From the IMG/VR virus record IMGVR_UViG_3300008111_000001: a DNA stretch of 64,000 bases, one strand, 5' to 3'. Below the pieces are notes generated by a model. The model was not told the origin of the DNA and did no database searches. It worked only from the letters and a program-made list of their open reading frames with translations. Source of the DNA: a virus. Positions 20,509 to 31,245 of the stretch are shown here, piece after piece (the stretch's first letter is position 1; the number at the start of each line of letters is the position of its first letter). The translations under genes and the position numbers were made by a program.

Positions 20509-23500
20509 TGGAAAAGTTTATTAATTTAACAGATTCCAATAATGAAAAGTCAATTAAAATTGGTCAAAATGCACCAAAAGATTCCGCTGTTTTAGCATGG
20601 TTTAATGTAGATCCTATTTCTCCAGAAAAAAATGTTACAATATTTGATTTATCTGGAACAATATTGGAAAATAGAATTCCAATTTCTGGAGAATCAGAGT
20701 TAATGTATGCAGATGAATTTGGCATACTAAGCAGGTCGGACGGCTCTTCTATTCTTTCTGGTAACAATATAAGTGTTAGCAATATATTTACGGATAGAAT
20801 TACATCTTCACAAAAATTAAACGCATCAGAAATAGATAGTGATAATTTTGCACACCATTATTATGTTAGCAGGTATTTTACTGTAGCTCCCGCAGTTTTT
20901 TCGGTAATAACTTTAAACGACTATTTGAATAGCACACGAATTTCTGACATCGGCATCAAAATAATCGACCAGTATGGTAAGGATTATGTCGATCAAGACA
21001 CTAATAAGCCAAAATATAAGATTCTCCTAGAGCCATTTAAAACAGATTATAACGTAAATGATTCTGAGCTACCTTATAAGATTCTTGTATTCTTAGACGC
21101 AACCACGCCTGTTGGACTAAAGTTAATATACAATAAATTTGAAGTTGATGAAAAAGGTAAAAGACATAATCATCAACTTAGATACACTGAAAATATTAAT
21201 TCTGTCCCAATGTTCAAAGAATTGCCAGAAGAATCTTTTGTTATAGATCCCAACTATATTGGTTCAAATACTTTCTCCATAAAAAAGGTAGACAACAGAT
21301 TTGTAAATACATCTGGTCAATCAAATATAGTCAAAAATGGCTACCAAGCTATAGTCCCCAGTAAGGCCATAAAAGATTATAGAACATATGAGGTTTTTAA
21401 TTGGAGGATTGTAGGAAGAGTTAAAAGAGCTCTTAATTTGAGAGAAGTTAACTTTGGAGCCAATAGAACAGTCAATGCTTGTGTGCTATATTCAGGTAGC
21501 GCTTCAGGATCTAATATCAGTCCGTATATAATATACAGATTGCAGAATTCTCCATTTAATTTGTCTAATTTCAATTTTGAAAATCCACTAATCAATACAC
21601 AAAGCAAAAATGCAAAATCACATTGGTTGGTAGATATAGACTCAGTAAGCATACAGGATTTATCTAGGTATGACATTGTCTTTTGGTCGCCAGATTTTTC
21701 AATAACCCCATTGCAAGCTCAAAAAATTAACGACTATATTACAAATAAGTTTGGCACTATCTTTTTAGATCTAAGCAACTGTCCTGACGCTCAAAGACTT
21801 TTTTGTGGCTCGCAATTACAGATGAGCGAGTCAGTATCAGCCAATACTGCGTCAATGAATTCCGATAGCTATCTTATAGATTCAAACAAGAACGGTGGCT
21901 GGGACATTAATGATAATATCTTTGAAAAAGATTATTATGGAGTATTTGGATCCAGATACACAAGGGACCTAAATGCTAAAACATATAAGTATTTTTCAAA
22001 TATTGTCTCTGATAATAGTTTCATTAAAGTGGGACCCACAACAGGATCTCAGCAATCTATAGGTGCCACTATATCATATTCGCCAGCTGTAGATAATCTG
22101 TCAAGAGGAAATGTTATAGCTACCACTTTTCCAGTTATGGAATACTGCAATAAGGTTTATTCATTGTCTGGATCTGAGATTCCAGTAAATGATAATAATG
22201 AGCAGACGCACGTCGGAAATATCGAAACAGAAAATGTTTTACCAGCAATAATAGAGGGGCCATTTAAGTTACTATATAATGCAGTTTCATATGCCTTATA
22301 TTCAAAGGCTAGAGGTCAGCAGTCGAGTTCCACAATATCTTCTCTAACTAATTTCGTAACCGACTGGGGTTCTTCATGGGTCATGTACAGCGACGCTCTA
22401 GATGACTCTGAAAAAAATGATTTTGAAATAACCCCCATTTCACCCTCCACTTCTGTTTATGCTCGTGTTCTTACGAAGAATTCAGCTTCTAACAATACTA
22501 GTATATTCAATTATTTTAAAGAAAAAATGTCATCAAAGTTACCAGCAACACAAGTTGCAATGCTGTCCGAAGTTTCAATTAATGATATAGATTTTTTCAT
22601 TGAAATTACTAATCCTGACGTTTCAATAAAAGACGCAACAAAAATAGATAATAATAATTCTGTAGAAATAAATATACCGTCTTCTTATTCTCTCCATCAG
22701 ATAAATCAACCAACTGGAGATACTGCGCATCCAGCAAACGCATCTTTGTATGCATATACTGTCAAGTATTCTAGGTCTCTTTCTCCAATTTCCGGTATGG
22801 GTCCATATGTATTACTCGAAAGGCCGATTAATAGTTCATCAAATAGGCAGCTTTTAAGTGGATTTAATTCTTCTTCCGGTTTTCATTCCTATTCTTTTAG
22901 ACTAAAATCTTCTTTTGTTTCCTATGAAGGAATAGATCAGCCAACAGTTTTCCAAACTAAACTAAATGGTGAATTAGCTTATGATTTAATGGGAACAATT
23001 AAAAGAACTAGAACTACGGTTATAACACCAGAGCCGGCGCTGAGAACGTTAAAAACTTCCTCCGCTAAATCCGCCATTGATGATTACGGTTTATTGAGAG
23101 CCAAATCTACATCGGAAACATCCAATGTTTTCCCTTATACTGGCGATATTGAAATTCATGGTCAAACCAGAATATGGAAACAAGGGTGGGATTCTTCAGG
23201 AGAGGGCAGTAATAGATTCTTGTCAATTGAAGAAGCTCAAGCAGTTGCTAGCTATTTAGAGTCATTGTATGTTTCTAACTATTATCAGTTAAATCCACCT
23301 ACCATTGTTCAAGTCCCTGACAGGCTTGAGGAAAGGGCAAATGTTGTGCCAACGTCTTCACAGGTGGCAGCTCAAACAATTCCTACAATGACAAGCTCTA
23401 GTGATTTTAGGAATATTTATATAAATTATTATCCAAACAATTATCGAACTTTTATCGGCCCAATTATTACACCTCTGCCAATAGCAGAATGGAAATATTG

Positions 23501-23726
23501 GAAGAAAAACGCAAGTCTTCCTAGTGGAACAAAATACAGTATTGGCGTAGTGATAAAAATGAATAACGATCAATATACTGTTACCGTTTCACAGCAGGAC
23601 AGTGATGGCGACCTTAAGGCCATTCTTGTAAGTTCACGTATGTCTTTAGCTGCGTTGAGAACATACCTTGGACCAAGCATTTCTATACCAGCTGATTTCT
23701 TTTTGGCAAAAGTAAGTAACTTATAG
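20505..23726 (+). CDS. Large virion structural protein (tail/baseplate)
   Basis: 1073 aa, S/N/T-rich; GTGA overlap with the upstream gene within the structural operon. Confidence 0.5.
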   Translation: MMEKFINLTDSNNEKSIKIGQNAPKDSAVLAWFNVDPISPEKNVTIFDLSGTILENRIPISGESELMYADEFGILSRSDGSSILSGNNISVSNIFTDRITSSQKLNASEIDSDNFAHHYYVSRYFTVAPAVFSVITLNDYLNSTRISDIGIKIIDQYGKDYVDQDTNKPKYKILLEPFKTDYNVNDSELPYKILVFLDATTPVGLKLIYNKFEVDEKGKRHNHQLRYTENINSVPMFKELPEESFVIDPNYIGSNTFSIKKVDNRFVNTSGQSNIVKNGYQAIVPSKAIKDYRTYEVFNWRIVGRVKRALNLREVNFGANRTVNACVLYSGSASGSNISPYIIYRLQNSPFNLSNFNFENPLINTQSKNAKSHWLVDIDSVSIQDLSRYDIVFWSPDFSITPLQAQKINDYITNKFGTIFLDLSNCPDAQRLFCGSQLQMSESVSANTASMNSDSYLIDSNKNGGWDINDNIFEKDYYGVFGSRYTRDLNAKTYKYFSNIVSDNSFIKVGPTTGSQQSIGATISYSPAVDNLSRGNVIATTFPVMEYCNKVYSLSGSEIPVNDNNEQTHVGNIETENVLPAIIEGPFKLLYNAVSYALYSKARGQQSSSTISSLTNFVTDWGSSWVMYSDALDDSEKNDFEITPISPSTSVYARVLTKNSASNNTSIFNYFKEKMSSKLPATQVAMLSEVSINDIDFFIEITNPDVSIKDATKIDNNNSVEINIPSSYSLHQINQPTGDTAHPANASLYAYTVKYSRSLSPISGMGPYVLLERPINSSSNRQLLSGFNSSSGFHSYSFRLKSSFVSYEGIDQPTVFQTKLNGELAYDLMGTIKRTRTTVITPEPALRTLKTSSAKSAIDDYGLLRAKSTSETSNVFPYTGDIEIHGQTRIWKQGWDSSGEGSNRFLSIEEAQAVASYLESLYVSNYYQLNPPTIVQVPDRLEERANVVPTSSQVAAQTIPTMTSSSDFRNIYINYYPNNYRTFIGPIITPLPIAEWKYWKKNASLPSGTKYSIGVVIKMNNDQYTVTVSQQDSDGDLKAILVSSRMSLAALRTYLGPSISIPADFFLAKVSNL

Positions 23727-23738
23727 TAAGGAAATATT

Positions 23739-26483
23739 ATGGCTGTACATGAATACGTGAAATATATACAATACACACTGGCTGCTGCTGGTTTTTATAA
23801 TAAAGCCATAGATGGAGAATATGGTTCATCTACCGCATCTGCTGTTAGATCTTTTCAAGTTGAAAACAATGAAAGATATATAGACGGAAAAGTTGATAGT
23901 GAAACAAAATGGTATTTAGCTAAATATTGGTTAACTTTAAAATCAACAAATAACCAATTGTTTGAAAGCTGGAAATCATTTGCGTCTGAAGATATTAGAA
24001 AGTATATACAAAAAGTTGAAGAAATGGGATTGGCGCCAGATATTGGAAGTGGTAAAGTTTATAGAAAAACAACATTCACCGGTGTCGCTGGGCCAAGTTC
24101 TGCTTCCGATGTAATATTTTTTGAAATACCACAATCAGTTATTGGTATTGAAAAAATTATCATAGTTCCAGATCAAGACATAAGATGGAGAAATTACAAA
24201 GCCATTTCTTTTGGTTGGCATTCCGCTTTTTCTTCAAATATATTTGATTATCCAAACATTGAAGCATTAGATTTGTCCGCTGCTTCAGGAAATATAGAAA
24301 TACCCATGAACAACAGGTCTGCTGCTAGCGCCAGATATGTATGGGTTAACATTGTGGGTGGCCCAATATATGGATTGGGTCAAGGCGAGGGTTTTGGTAT
24401 ATCTGAAATTAATATTTCAGCCTTAGTTCAAGATCCAGATATAACTCAGGTAGTAGATTATGATGATCCAATTAGAATCAGCGTGAAAGCTAATTTCATT
24501 ACTTCGTTGAAAGATGTCACTCCGTCTTCACCAGCTCTAATTGATCTTTCAAATGTAGAAAGAGTTTCTTCTCAGCAAACGCAATATATATCTTCATTAA
24601 CATACTATCCTGATGGAATTAATCAAAGACAATTGACATTTACTTCTGGGTCAGGAATTAATCTTAACAGTGTTGACTATACGTTAACCGGAGAATATGA
24701 AATAAAAATTGCCAACTTTAGAAGCAACGTCGTATCTGGAACATTTACTTTGGCTAATCTAACATTGTCAGACACAACAAGTCTGGGTGAGACAATATCA
24801 GGTTCGCCTATATCAATAAGGCAAACACAAGAGAATAATGTGATGCTAGAAACTTCTAGCACGTTTTATGGAGATGCGCTTACCAGGACAACGGAAATAG
24901 ATCTGTCTTCTGGCTATAGGCTAAAGAATCGTCTTGGCCAAATGTTTCCGGAAGGAAAGAATTCTATTAACTACGGTGATGGGATTTTATTGTTGTGCGA
25001 CTCAAATGGAAAGCCTGTTGGTTTGCCGACGCTAGCCCAAATATCCGCTTCAATATCAAATCCAACAACTTTAGCGCAGGAAGAAAGAGACATTGCCTAC
25101 GGATACTTTTCGCTCGTTAATGAGTTGCCGGCGGATGGTTTAAGATATGGCTTCTATGATTTAAACACTAAAGAAATGTTAGGCAGTTCTTTGAGTTATA
25201 TTGATTTTTATACAAGGTCATCTTTTACTAATTTTGAAAATATATATATAGCAGTTTGCGCCCTGGATGCAGATGGGGCCAATGGGGACAATGAATTCGT
25301 TGGGCAGAATAATTCAACCACATTTATACCAGTAAGAATTCCACTAAAATATCTAACGCCTGTATACTCTGTCAAATCCAATAACTCATCAGGAATACAG
25401 GTAAACAATATTAATGCAAACTTGTCAAAGTTTGATGCATGGGAGCTTCCAGTTACAAATGGATCGTTTAATAAAAAAATTAAGATTGATTCTTTAATTC
25501 AGTATACTGATTGGAAATCTATATATTCCGGCCAAGAAATGCTAGCAGAGTATTCGACAATGGATTTGCCCGGGGTTTCTTGGTCAAAAATATACGGATA
25601 TGGTTATTATGATGTAGCTGATGAAAATCCAATCATTGTGGATAATAGGTCGATTAGATTAAGAAAAACTCCAATTTTAAGCTGGAATCATAAAACTGAT
25701 TACAAGCAATCTATCGGGGGTATAGTTCGTCAGCAAGTAGAAATATATACTAGAACTACATTAAATTCTGCTTGGGTAAAAGTTGATGATTCACTTATAT
25801 CAGATATAGATTGTGAAAATGGATTAATAAAATTTAAAAAACGAATCATCCCAAGTGAAACATCGTTGATAAAGGTTAACTATTCAACGGTTAATAAAAA
25901 CTCTTTAGTTAGACATATAGATGGAAATCCAATACCGTTAAATCCATTTTTGAATTCCGATAATGTACAATTTGATAAGCCAATGTATATTTATCTGACG
26001 CCAAGAAATATATACAAAAAGAATACTCCTAATCAATCTGAGGTAAATATATTTAGTTACGAAAAAGTAACTGAGTACCAGTACCCCCACTTGCTTAATT
26101 TTACGTATAGTTCGACCATTTTTGATGAAACATCAATACATTACGACCCATTTGCTTTATGTATAGCAGTAATATATGTTGCCAATAATCCAAATAAAGT
26201 TAAGCCTAATTTATTTGATTTAAGATTAAGAGGTGGCGGAATAAAGGCTGATATTGAAAATTCAGACATAATAACTGAAGTTCCTGAAATTTTATCACAT
26301 TGGGACACATATCCCGCAAATGGCACCTCGTATACAAATGGTGGATATGTTATAATTAGAATACCTGAAGATGTCAAGAAAAACTTTACTTCACCACAAG
26401 AAATATATAATATTATTAGAAATAATTTAACAGCCGGAATTGTTTTCGATCTGCAAAACATGGAAGGGGAAGATTGGTCCTAA
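23739..26483 (+). CDS. Structural protein with N-terminal peptidoglycan-binding domain
   Basis: YVKYIQYTLAAAGFYNKAIDGEYGSSTASAVRSFQVENNERYIDGKVDSET matches the PG_binding_1 pattern (DG-x-Y/F-G-x-x-T-x-x-AV-x-x-FQ...DG-x-V). Confidence 0.7.
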   Translation: MAVHEYVKYIQYTLAAAGFYNKAIDGEYGSSTASAVRSFQVENNERYIDGKVDSETKWYLAKYWLTLKSTNNQLFESWKSFASEDIRKYIQKVEEMGLAPDIGSGKVYRKTTFTGVAGPSSASDVIFFEIPQSVIGIEKIIIVPDQDIRWRNYKAISFGWHSAFSSNIFDYPNIEALDLSAASGNIEIPMNNRSAASARYVWVNIVGGPIYGLGQGEGFGISEINISALVQDPDITQVVDYDDPIRISVKANFITSLKDVTPSSPALIDLSNVERVSSQQTQYISSLTYYPDGINQRQLTFTSGSGINLNSVDYTLTGEYEIKIANFRSNVVSGTFTLANLTLSDTTSLGETISGSPISIRQTQENNVMLETSSTFYGDALTRTTEIDLSSGYRLKNRLGQMFPEGKNSINYGDGILLLCDSNGKPVGLPTLAQISASISNPTTLAQEERDIAYGYFSLVNELPADGLRYGFYDLNTKEMLGSSLSYIDFYTRSSFTNFENIYIAVCALDADGANGDNEFVGQNNSTTFIPVRIPLKYLTPVYSVKSNNSSGIQVNNINANLSKFDAWELPVTNGSFNKKIKIDSLIQYTDWKSIYSGQEMLAEYSTMDLPGVSWSKIYGYGYYDVADENPIIVDNRSIRLRKTPILSWNHKTDYKQSIGGIVRQQVEIYTRTTLNSAWVKVDDSLISDIDCENGLIKFKKRIIPSETSLIKVNYSTVNKNSLVRHIDGNPIPLNPFLNSDNVQFDKPMYIYLTPRNIYKKNTPNQSEVNIFSYEKVTEYQYPHLLNFTYSSTIFDETSIHYDPFALCIAVIYVANNPNKVKPNLFDLRLRGGGIKADIENSDIITEVPEILSHWDTYPANGTSYTNGGYVIIRIPEDVKKNFTSPQEIYNIIRNNLTAGIVFDLQNMEGEDWS

Positions 26484-29078
26484 ATGATACACGCATTACC
26501 AGAAACAATTAGCTTATACTCTTCTGCTTCCAGGGCCACGGTTTCATCTCTCATAAGAGATATGAGGCTTGAAAAAACAGATTTAAATTTCCTAGTCACT
26601 AAAATGTCGAATATGACATTTGATCTAAATTATACAGGAGCAAAAGTTGCTTCTTTTTCTCTTCTAACAAAAGAAGCAATGGTCGACGCATTTAGAAACG
26701 CTTATCTAAGAATGCAAAATCTCTTCAACGCAGCAAATGCTACTGGTATAGCTTTAAATTCTATCGTTAGTGTTTTTGATTCTGAAATACAAAAAGTGGA
26801 AGAAGACCTCGATAAGCTTCAGGTATTTATAGATAATTACGAATTCATTTCTGGTAAAGATGATTTGTTTAATGCAAACTATATAGAAAAATTTGATAGC
26901 TTTCTTAATGACTACAGGGCAGACGGAATTCAATTTTCCATCCCAGATAGAGATGGGCAGGACTTTTCGGAAACTAACAACGCTTTTATAGATCCTGTTA
27001 GTGGAACTTTAAAAATTGGCAAAGGTCAAGATATCAAAAATATTATTAGAAATGTAAAGTCTATAAAAATTGCCACTAATTACAATAACTATACAACAAC
27101 TAATTCTAGTTTTGAAAACTTATTTAATGACAACTTTTTTGATTCATGGTCTGTTACGGTCAAGTCTCCGGCCATCCTATCTGCGCAACTAAAAGATTAT
27201 ATAAAGTATTTTAACTATGATTATTCGGCTATAAGTGGAGCAATTGCAGCCGTTGAGATAACTTTACAAAGGCCAATCAATATAGACACTATTAGATTCC
27301 AGCCAAATCAGTCAACTAACTTTAAGCTTCTGCAGGCTGTTGTTTATCACAATTCGCCATTAGAAGCAAACAACATCACGCCATCTGAAAATTATACAGT
27401 CCTACTAAATAATCCAGTTCTATTAAATAGAGTTTTTGATTTAAGATTTAATAAAAAATCTATTAATAAAATTATTTTTATATTTAATCAACAGGATTAC
27501 GTAAAAAATAATAGACCACCAATAAATTCTGAATTAAATTCTAAAGTTTTAGATTCTTTTGTCAAAGCTGTTATAGATGACCGCAAAAATCGTTTCAGTA
27601 AATTTCAAGATATTATTTACTGGTTCTTTAAAAGAAAAAGTACTGTAAAAGGAATTTCTAAAAATAAGAAAACAGATATAGATTACTATGCCTACAGATT
27701 CCCGCAAGAATTTGATAGTTATATCAATAATTTAGATCAACAAATAAAAGAGTTTAATAATTTAATAATAGAAGATAGAAATGTTTTTACAAATACTCCT
27801 GTTTTTGTTAATGCAATTAACTCTATGTTAAACACATTTTCAGGAAAGTATAAAATATTTGATTCCGATAAATATATCGAAGGAATAACCGCAGGCTCTT
27901 CACTTTTTGCATCCGGATTTATAATGGGGTCTAGTAGTAACGGTAGATCCACTTCTGCTCAGCAATACGATTCTGGGGCTTTAGCAGCTCCGTTAACTTC
28001 TATAAGTTCTCAAACGTCTGTGCTGGAATCCAACCTCGGTTATGAATACAGTTTTTCTCTTAAGTCTATAGAATTCATTGAAACATTAAATGATAATGTT
28101 AATAAAGCTGTTTTTGTTAGCAAAAAAATTCCTGTTAATGGACAAGTTGTCGCTGCTAAAATTAAACCGTATTTCTTTAATAACAATGCGGGAGTTGCGA
28201 GTGTAAATAGAAGCATATTGGCCCCAGCTTCATATGAATTGTCGCTGTCCAATAAGCCATTCCCTTCCAGTGAATCTGACTGGATTCCGATTTCAAGTTA
28301 TGGAAATACTTTTGTGCAATCTGAAATTCTATTCACAAATAATATAACAAGAAAAGGTACGCTAAGATTTAGGGCAAAAAATGATTCGATCACACTTTAT
28401 AAAGATGGAGTTTTAGTTCCTAGAGTTTCAGCAAACTATACCTACTCTGTAAACGAAAATAGTATTTCTATTTCAGAAAGCATATTCAATATTAATAGTA
28501 GATTTATAGTTTCTTATGATTTAGATTTTTCACTGTCCCCGCCTGATGAAGTAGATTTTATAAAAAAGAATATAATTCTTCAATCTTTGAAAAACTATTC
28601 TACAGAAGATGGTTCCGGAGAAATTTTTTCCTCCACCAATCTAAACGCATCAGTTAGATTAAGTTATGCGCCATATGTAGATAGGGATAGTTATTCTAGG
28701 ATAATATATAACAAGTCAACGGGAACGAATTTTATTAGTAATAACGCAGGGTATAATCCAGTTAGAATTGTTCTTTCAGATGGAACTGTTGCAGTTAATC
28801 TAACCAACTATTCACTGTCAGCAGAAAAGGTTTCTTTCTACTCTACAACTGAAACACTTTTCATTCAAAGTGGCAGGAATGTTGTTTTCAATAGGGTAAT
28901 TAATCAGCCATTTACGGTTTACTATCAATATATACCAAATGATTTGCGATTTAGACTGATTGTCAGAAAAAATATTATTGATTTATCTGATCCAATATCT
29001 GTAGATAGTGTTATTCTTAAAATGAAAACCATTAATAATGATCCATATTATGAGAAGTTAAATTCCTTAACATTGTAA
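26484..29078 (+). CDS. Virion structural protein (paralog family: helical N-terminus plus beta-sandwich)
   Basis: 864 aa; shares YIEKFDS...AFIDPVSGTL...NLFNDNFFDSW motifs with the downstream genes. Confidence 0.5.
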   Translation: MIHALPETISLYSSASRATVSSLIRDMRLEKTDLNFLVTKMSNMTFDLNYTGAKVASFSLLTKEAMVDAFRNAYLRMQNLFNAANATGIALNSIVSVFDSEIQKVEEDLDKLQVFIDNYEFISGKDDLFNANYIEKFDSFLNDYRADGIQFSIPDRDGQDFSETNNAFIDPVSGTLKIGKGQDIKNIIRNVKSIKIATNYNNYTTTNSSFENLFNDNFFDSWSVTVKSPAILSAQLKDYIKYFNYDYSAISGAIAAVEITLQRPINIDTIRFQPNQSTNFKLLQAVVYHNSPLEANNITPSENYTVLLNNPVLLNRVFDLRFNKKSINKIIFIFNQQDYVKNNRPPINSELNSKVLDSFVKAVIDDRKNRFSKFQDIIYWFFKRKSTVKGISKNKKTDIDYYAYRFPQEFDSYINNLDQQIKEFNNLIIEDRNVFTNTPVFVNAINSMLNTFSGKYKIFDSDKYIEGITAGSSLFASGFIMGSSSNGRSTSAQQYDSGALAAPLTSISSQTSVLESNLGYEYSFSLKSIEFIETLNDNVNKAVFVSKKIPVNGQVVAAKIKPYFFNNNAGVASVNRSILAPASYELSLSNKPFPSSESDWIPISSYGNTFVQSEILFTNNITRKGTLRFRAKNDSITLYKDGVLVPRVSANYTYSVNENSISISESIFNINSRFIVSYDLDFSLSPPDEVDFIKKNIILQSLKNYSTEDGSGEIFSSTNLNASVRLSYAPYVDRDSYSRIIYNKSTGTNFISNNAGYNPVRIVLSDGTVAVNLTNYSLSAEKVSFYSTTETLFIQSGRNVVFNRVINQPFTVYYQYIPNDLRFRLIVRKNIIDLSDPISVDSVILKMKTINNDPYYEKLNSLTL

Positions 29079-29088
29079 AGAGAATATT

Positions 29089-31245
29089 ATGACGCAATTA
29101 TCAGCAAGCACAATGCCTTATCAGCAGATGGTCCATAAAGTGGGTCAATTAATCACCGCAATAAACTCTGCGTCTTTGATTACCAAAGATGAAATAGCGG
29201 AACAATATGTGAAAATATTGAATGAAATCAAAGAGCAAATAGGTGGACCATTAGCGTCATACTCGCCTTTTATAAAAGGAGAACCACCAAGGTCTGAAAA
29301 GTTTAATAAGTTTTTTTCAGAGTATGCACAAGATGTTTCTATCTTATCAAAGCAAATCGACTACCTAAACGCTAAGACAATAAATATATTTAATTTATTC
29401 TCTAAAGAAATTGAAGGAGAAAAAAGATATTCAGAAAGAATAGCTTCTAAATGCAAAATCCTGCAGATGTATTCACGCAGCCCTTCTGATGACCTAGTTT
29501 ATATTGGTGACTCTTTTGAGAATGATGATTTAATTGATTATACAAAAATCACGAAGGGCTCTAATCCATTAATTAGAAACGGTGCTGCATCGCTTGCGAT
29601 AGAATCATCTAAGAGATGGACGATTAACTCCATAGAAGTTGTGTCTGGAAATGGTTTCATAGGAAACAGTCATCAGGTACTTAAGGCTAATAATGATGAA
29701 AATACTTCTGAATATAAATATGTTTTTGAAAATAATAAAACATTAAATAATTTGAGAAGCATTAACGATAATAATCCTCTTACATATTTTGAATATGAAA
29801 GTCTTAATGTTGACAAGTCAACGGCAAAACCGCCACTAACTACTATAACTCAAGAGAATGAGTTTAAGTTTCTAAAAACAGAAATGAATAGCTCTAATTC
29901 CAATGAATCTAATACAGTAGACTGGTCTTCGCATCCAGAAGAAGATCCTTTAACTTTGAAACTAAGATTAACTTCCAATTCTGGGAGAGTAGCAAACAGT
30001 ATTGATATAACTCCATTTTTTGGTTCATCTAAATATCTAGAAGTTACCGAAGTTATAGTCTTTGCTAAAGATGGGTCATCTGAAAATGTTCTAAAGCAAA
30101 ATATATTTATAGGTTCTTCGTTGATTCCTTTGAATCTTGAATTGGCGCAAAATTATTTCTACAACAAAGCGACAGTTAGATTCCCTGAAAGACAGGTTTC
30201 TAAAATAGAAATATCTTTCAGACAGCCGGCCTATTCAAATGTTGACATAAAACACGTATACTGGAAGCCAAGCTCAACTAATGTTAATAATCCGTTTGTC
30301 AACCTGTCTAGATTTAACCCCGACGCCTTGAGTAGAGACATATATGAGTCAATTAAGTATAATAAATATCAGCTAATACCTACTTTATCTAATCCAACTA
30401 AATACAAAACGAACACGCAAAATGTAGCTGATGTAAATGTTACTCTAAAAAAGAAGCCAACATCATTAACTGCATACTTTATAGCTGCTTCATTTTTAAA
30501 TGAATCAGCTACTCCAACTAGTTCTACGGTTTATTTTCATAGATGGACAATAACCGGAGAAGAGGCTCAATTTGTTTCTGAGATACTTAAAGATGAAGAT
30601 AGTTACATAACAAAAAACTATGACACAGCGTCCGCTGCTCAGGAAGATCTAAATGATCTTTTAGATTTATATTTAGGTGCCACCCCATTTTCGGATCCAG
30701 AGTTAGGGATACTGCAAGATATTTCGATTGTGCAACAGTCATTCGTGCCCGTTCAAAAAGAAATTTCCTACAGAGTTATTCTTGAGCAGGCAGAAGAACT
30801 ATATAACGCTAAAAGATGGGCAATAGGTATTAGAGATGTAGATGTATATCGGGAAACTTATAAAGATGAGATGGAAGTTGTATCTTTCCCATTCAAGTTT
30901 GATTATCCTGTTGAGTCAGTCATGCTTGATGTGCAGGCCTCTATAGATGAAGTTCACTCCGGAAGAACTAATATTCAAACCTATATATCCGCTGATCAGG
31001 GATCTAATTGGATAGAGGTTTCTCCCGTGCAATTAGATTTTACAGGTATCCCTGAGATAGTATTCTTTAACCAATCTGTACTTAATGAATATAGATTGTC
31101 TGGGGCATCATATTTATCTTTCCCAACTATTCCTAAAGAAGTTAAAGATATTATTGTTAAAATAGTTGCGCAGAAAAAAGGCGCATATAATTTTACGCCT
31201 AATATATATTCATATCAATTAATAGCTAAGGTAAAGAGATCATGA
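29089..31245 (+). CDS. Virion structural protein (paralog family)
   Basis: 718 aa; GDSFENDDLIDY...SINDNNPLTYFEY; structural operon context. Confidence 0.5.
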   Translation: MTQLSASTMPYQQMVHKVGQLITAINSASLITKDEIAEQYVKILNEIKEQIGGPLASYSPFIKGEPPRSEKFNKFFSEYAQDVSILSKQIDYLNAKTINIFNLFSKEIEGEKRYSERIASKCKILQMYSRSPSDDLVYIGDSFENDDLIDYTKITKGSNPLIRNGAASLAIESSKRWTINSIEVVSGNGFIGNSHQVLKANNDENTSEYKYVFENNKTLNNLRSINDNNPLTYFEYESLNVDKSTAKPPLTTITQENEFKFLKTEMNSSNSNESNTVDWSSHPEEDPLTLKLRLTSNSGRVANSIDITPFFGSSKYLEVTEVIVFAKDGSSENVLKQNIFIGSSLIPLNLELAQNYFYNKATVRFPERQVSKIEISFRQPAYSNVDIKHVYWKPSSTNVNNPFVNLSRFNPDALSRDIYESIKYNKYQLIPTLSNPTKYKTNTQNVADVNVTLKKKPTSLTAYFIAASFLNESATPTSSTVYFHRWTITGEEAQFVSEILKDEDSYITKNYDTASAAQEDLNDLLDLYLGATPFSDPELGILQDISIVQQSFVPVQKEISYRVILEQAEELYNAKRWAIGIRDVDVYRETYKDEMEVVSFPFKFDYPVESVMLDVQASIDEVHSGRTNIQTYISADQGSNWIEVSPVQLDFTGIPEIVFFNQSVLNEYRLSGASYLSFPTIPKEVKDIIVKIVAQKKGAYNFTPNIYSYQLIAKVKRS

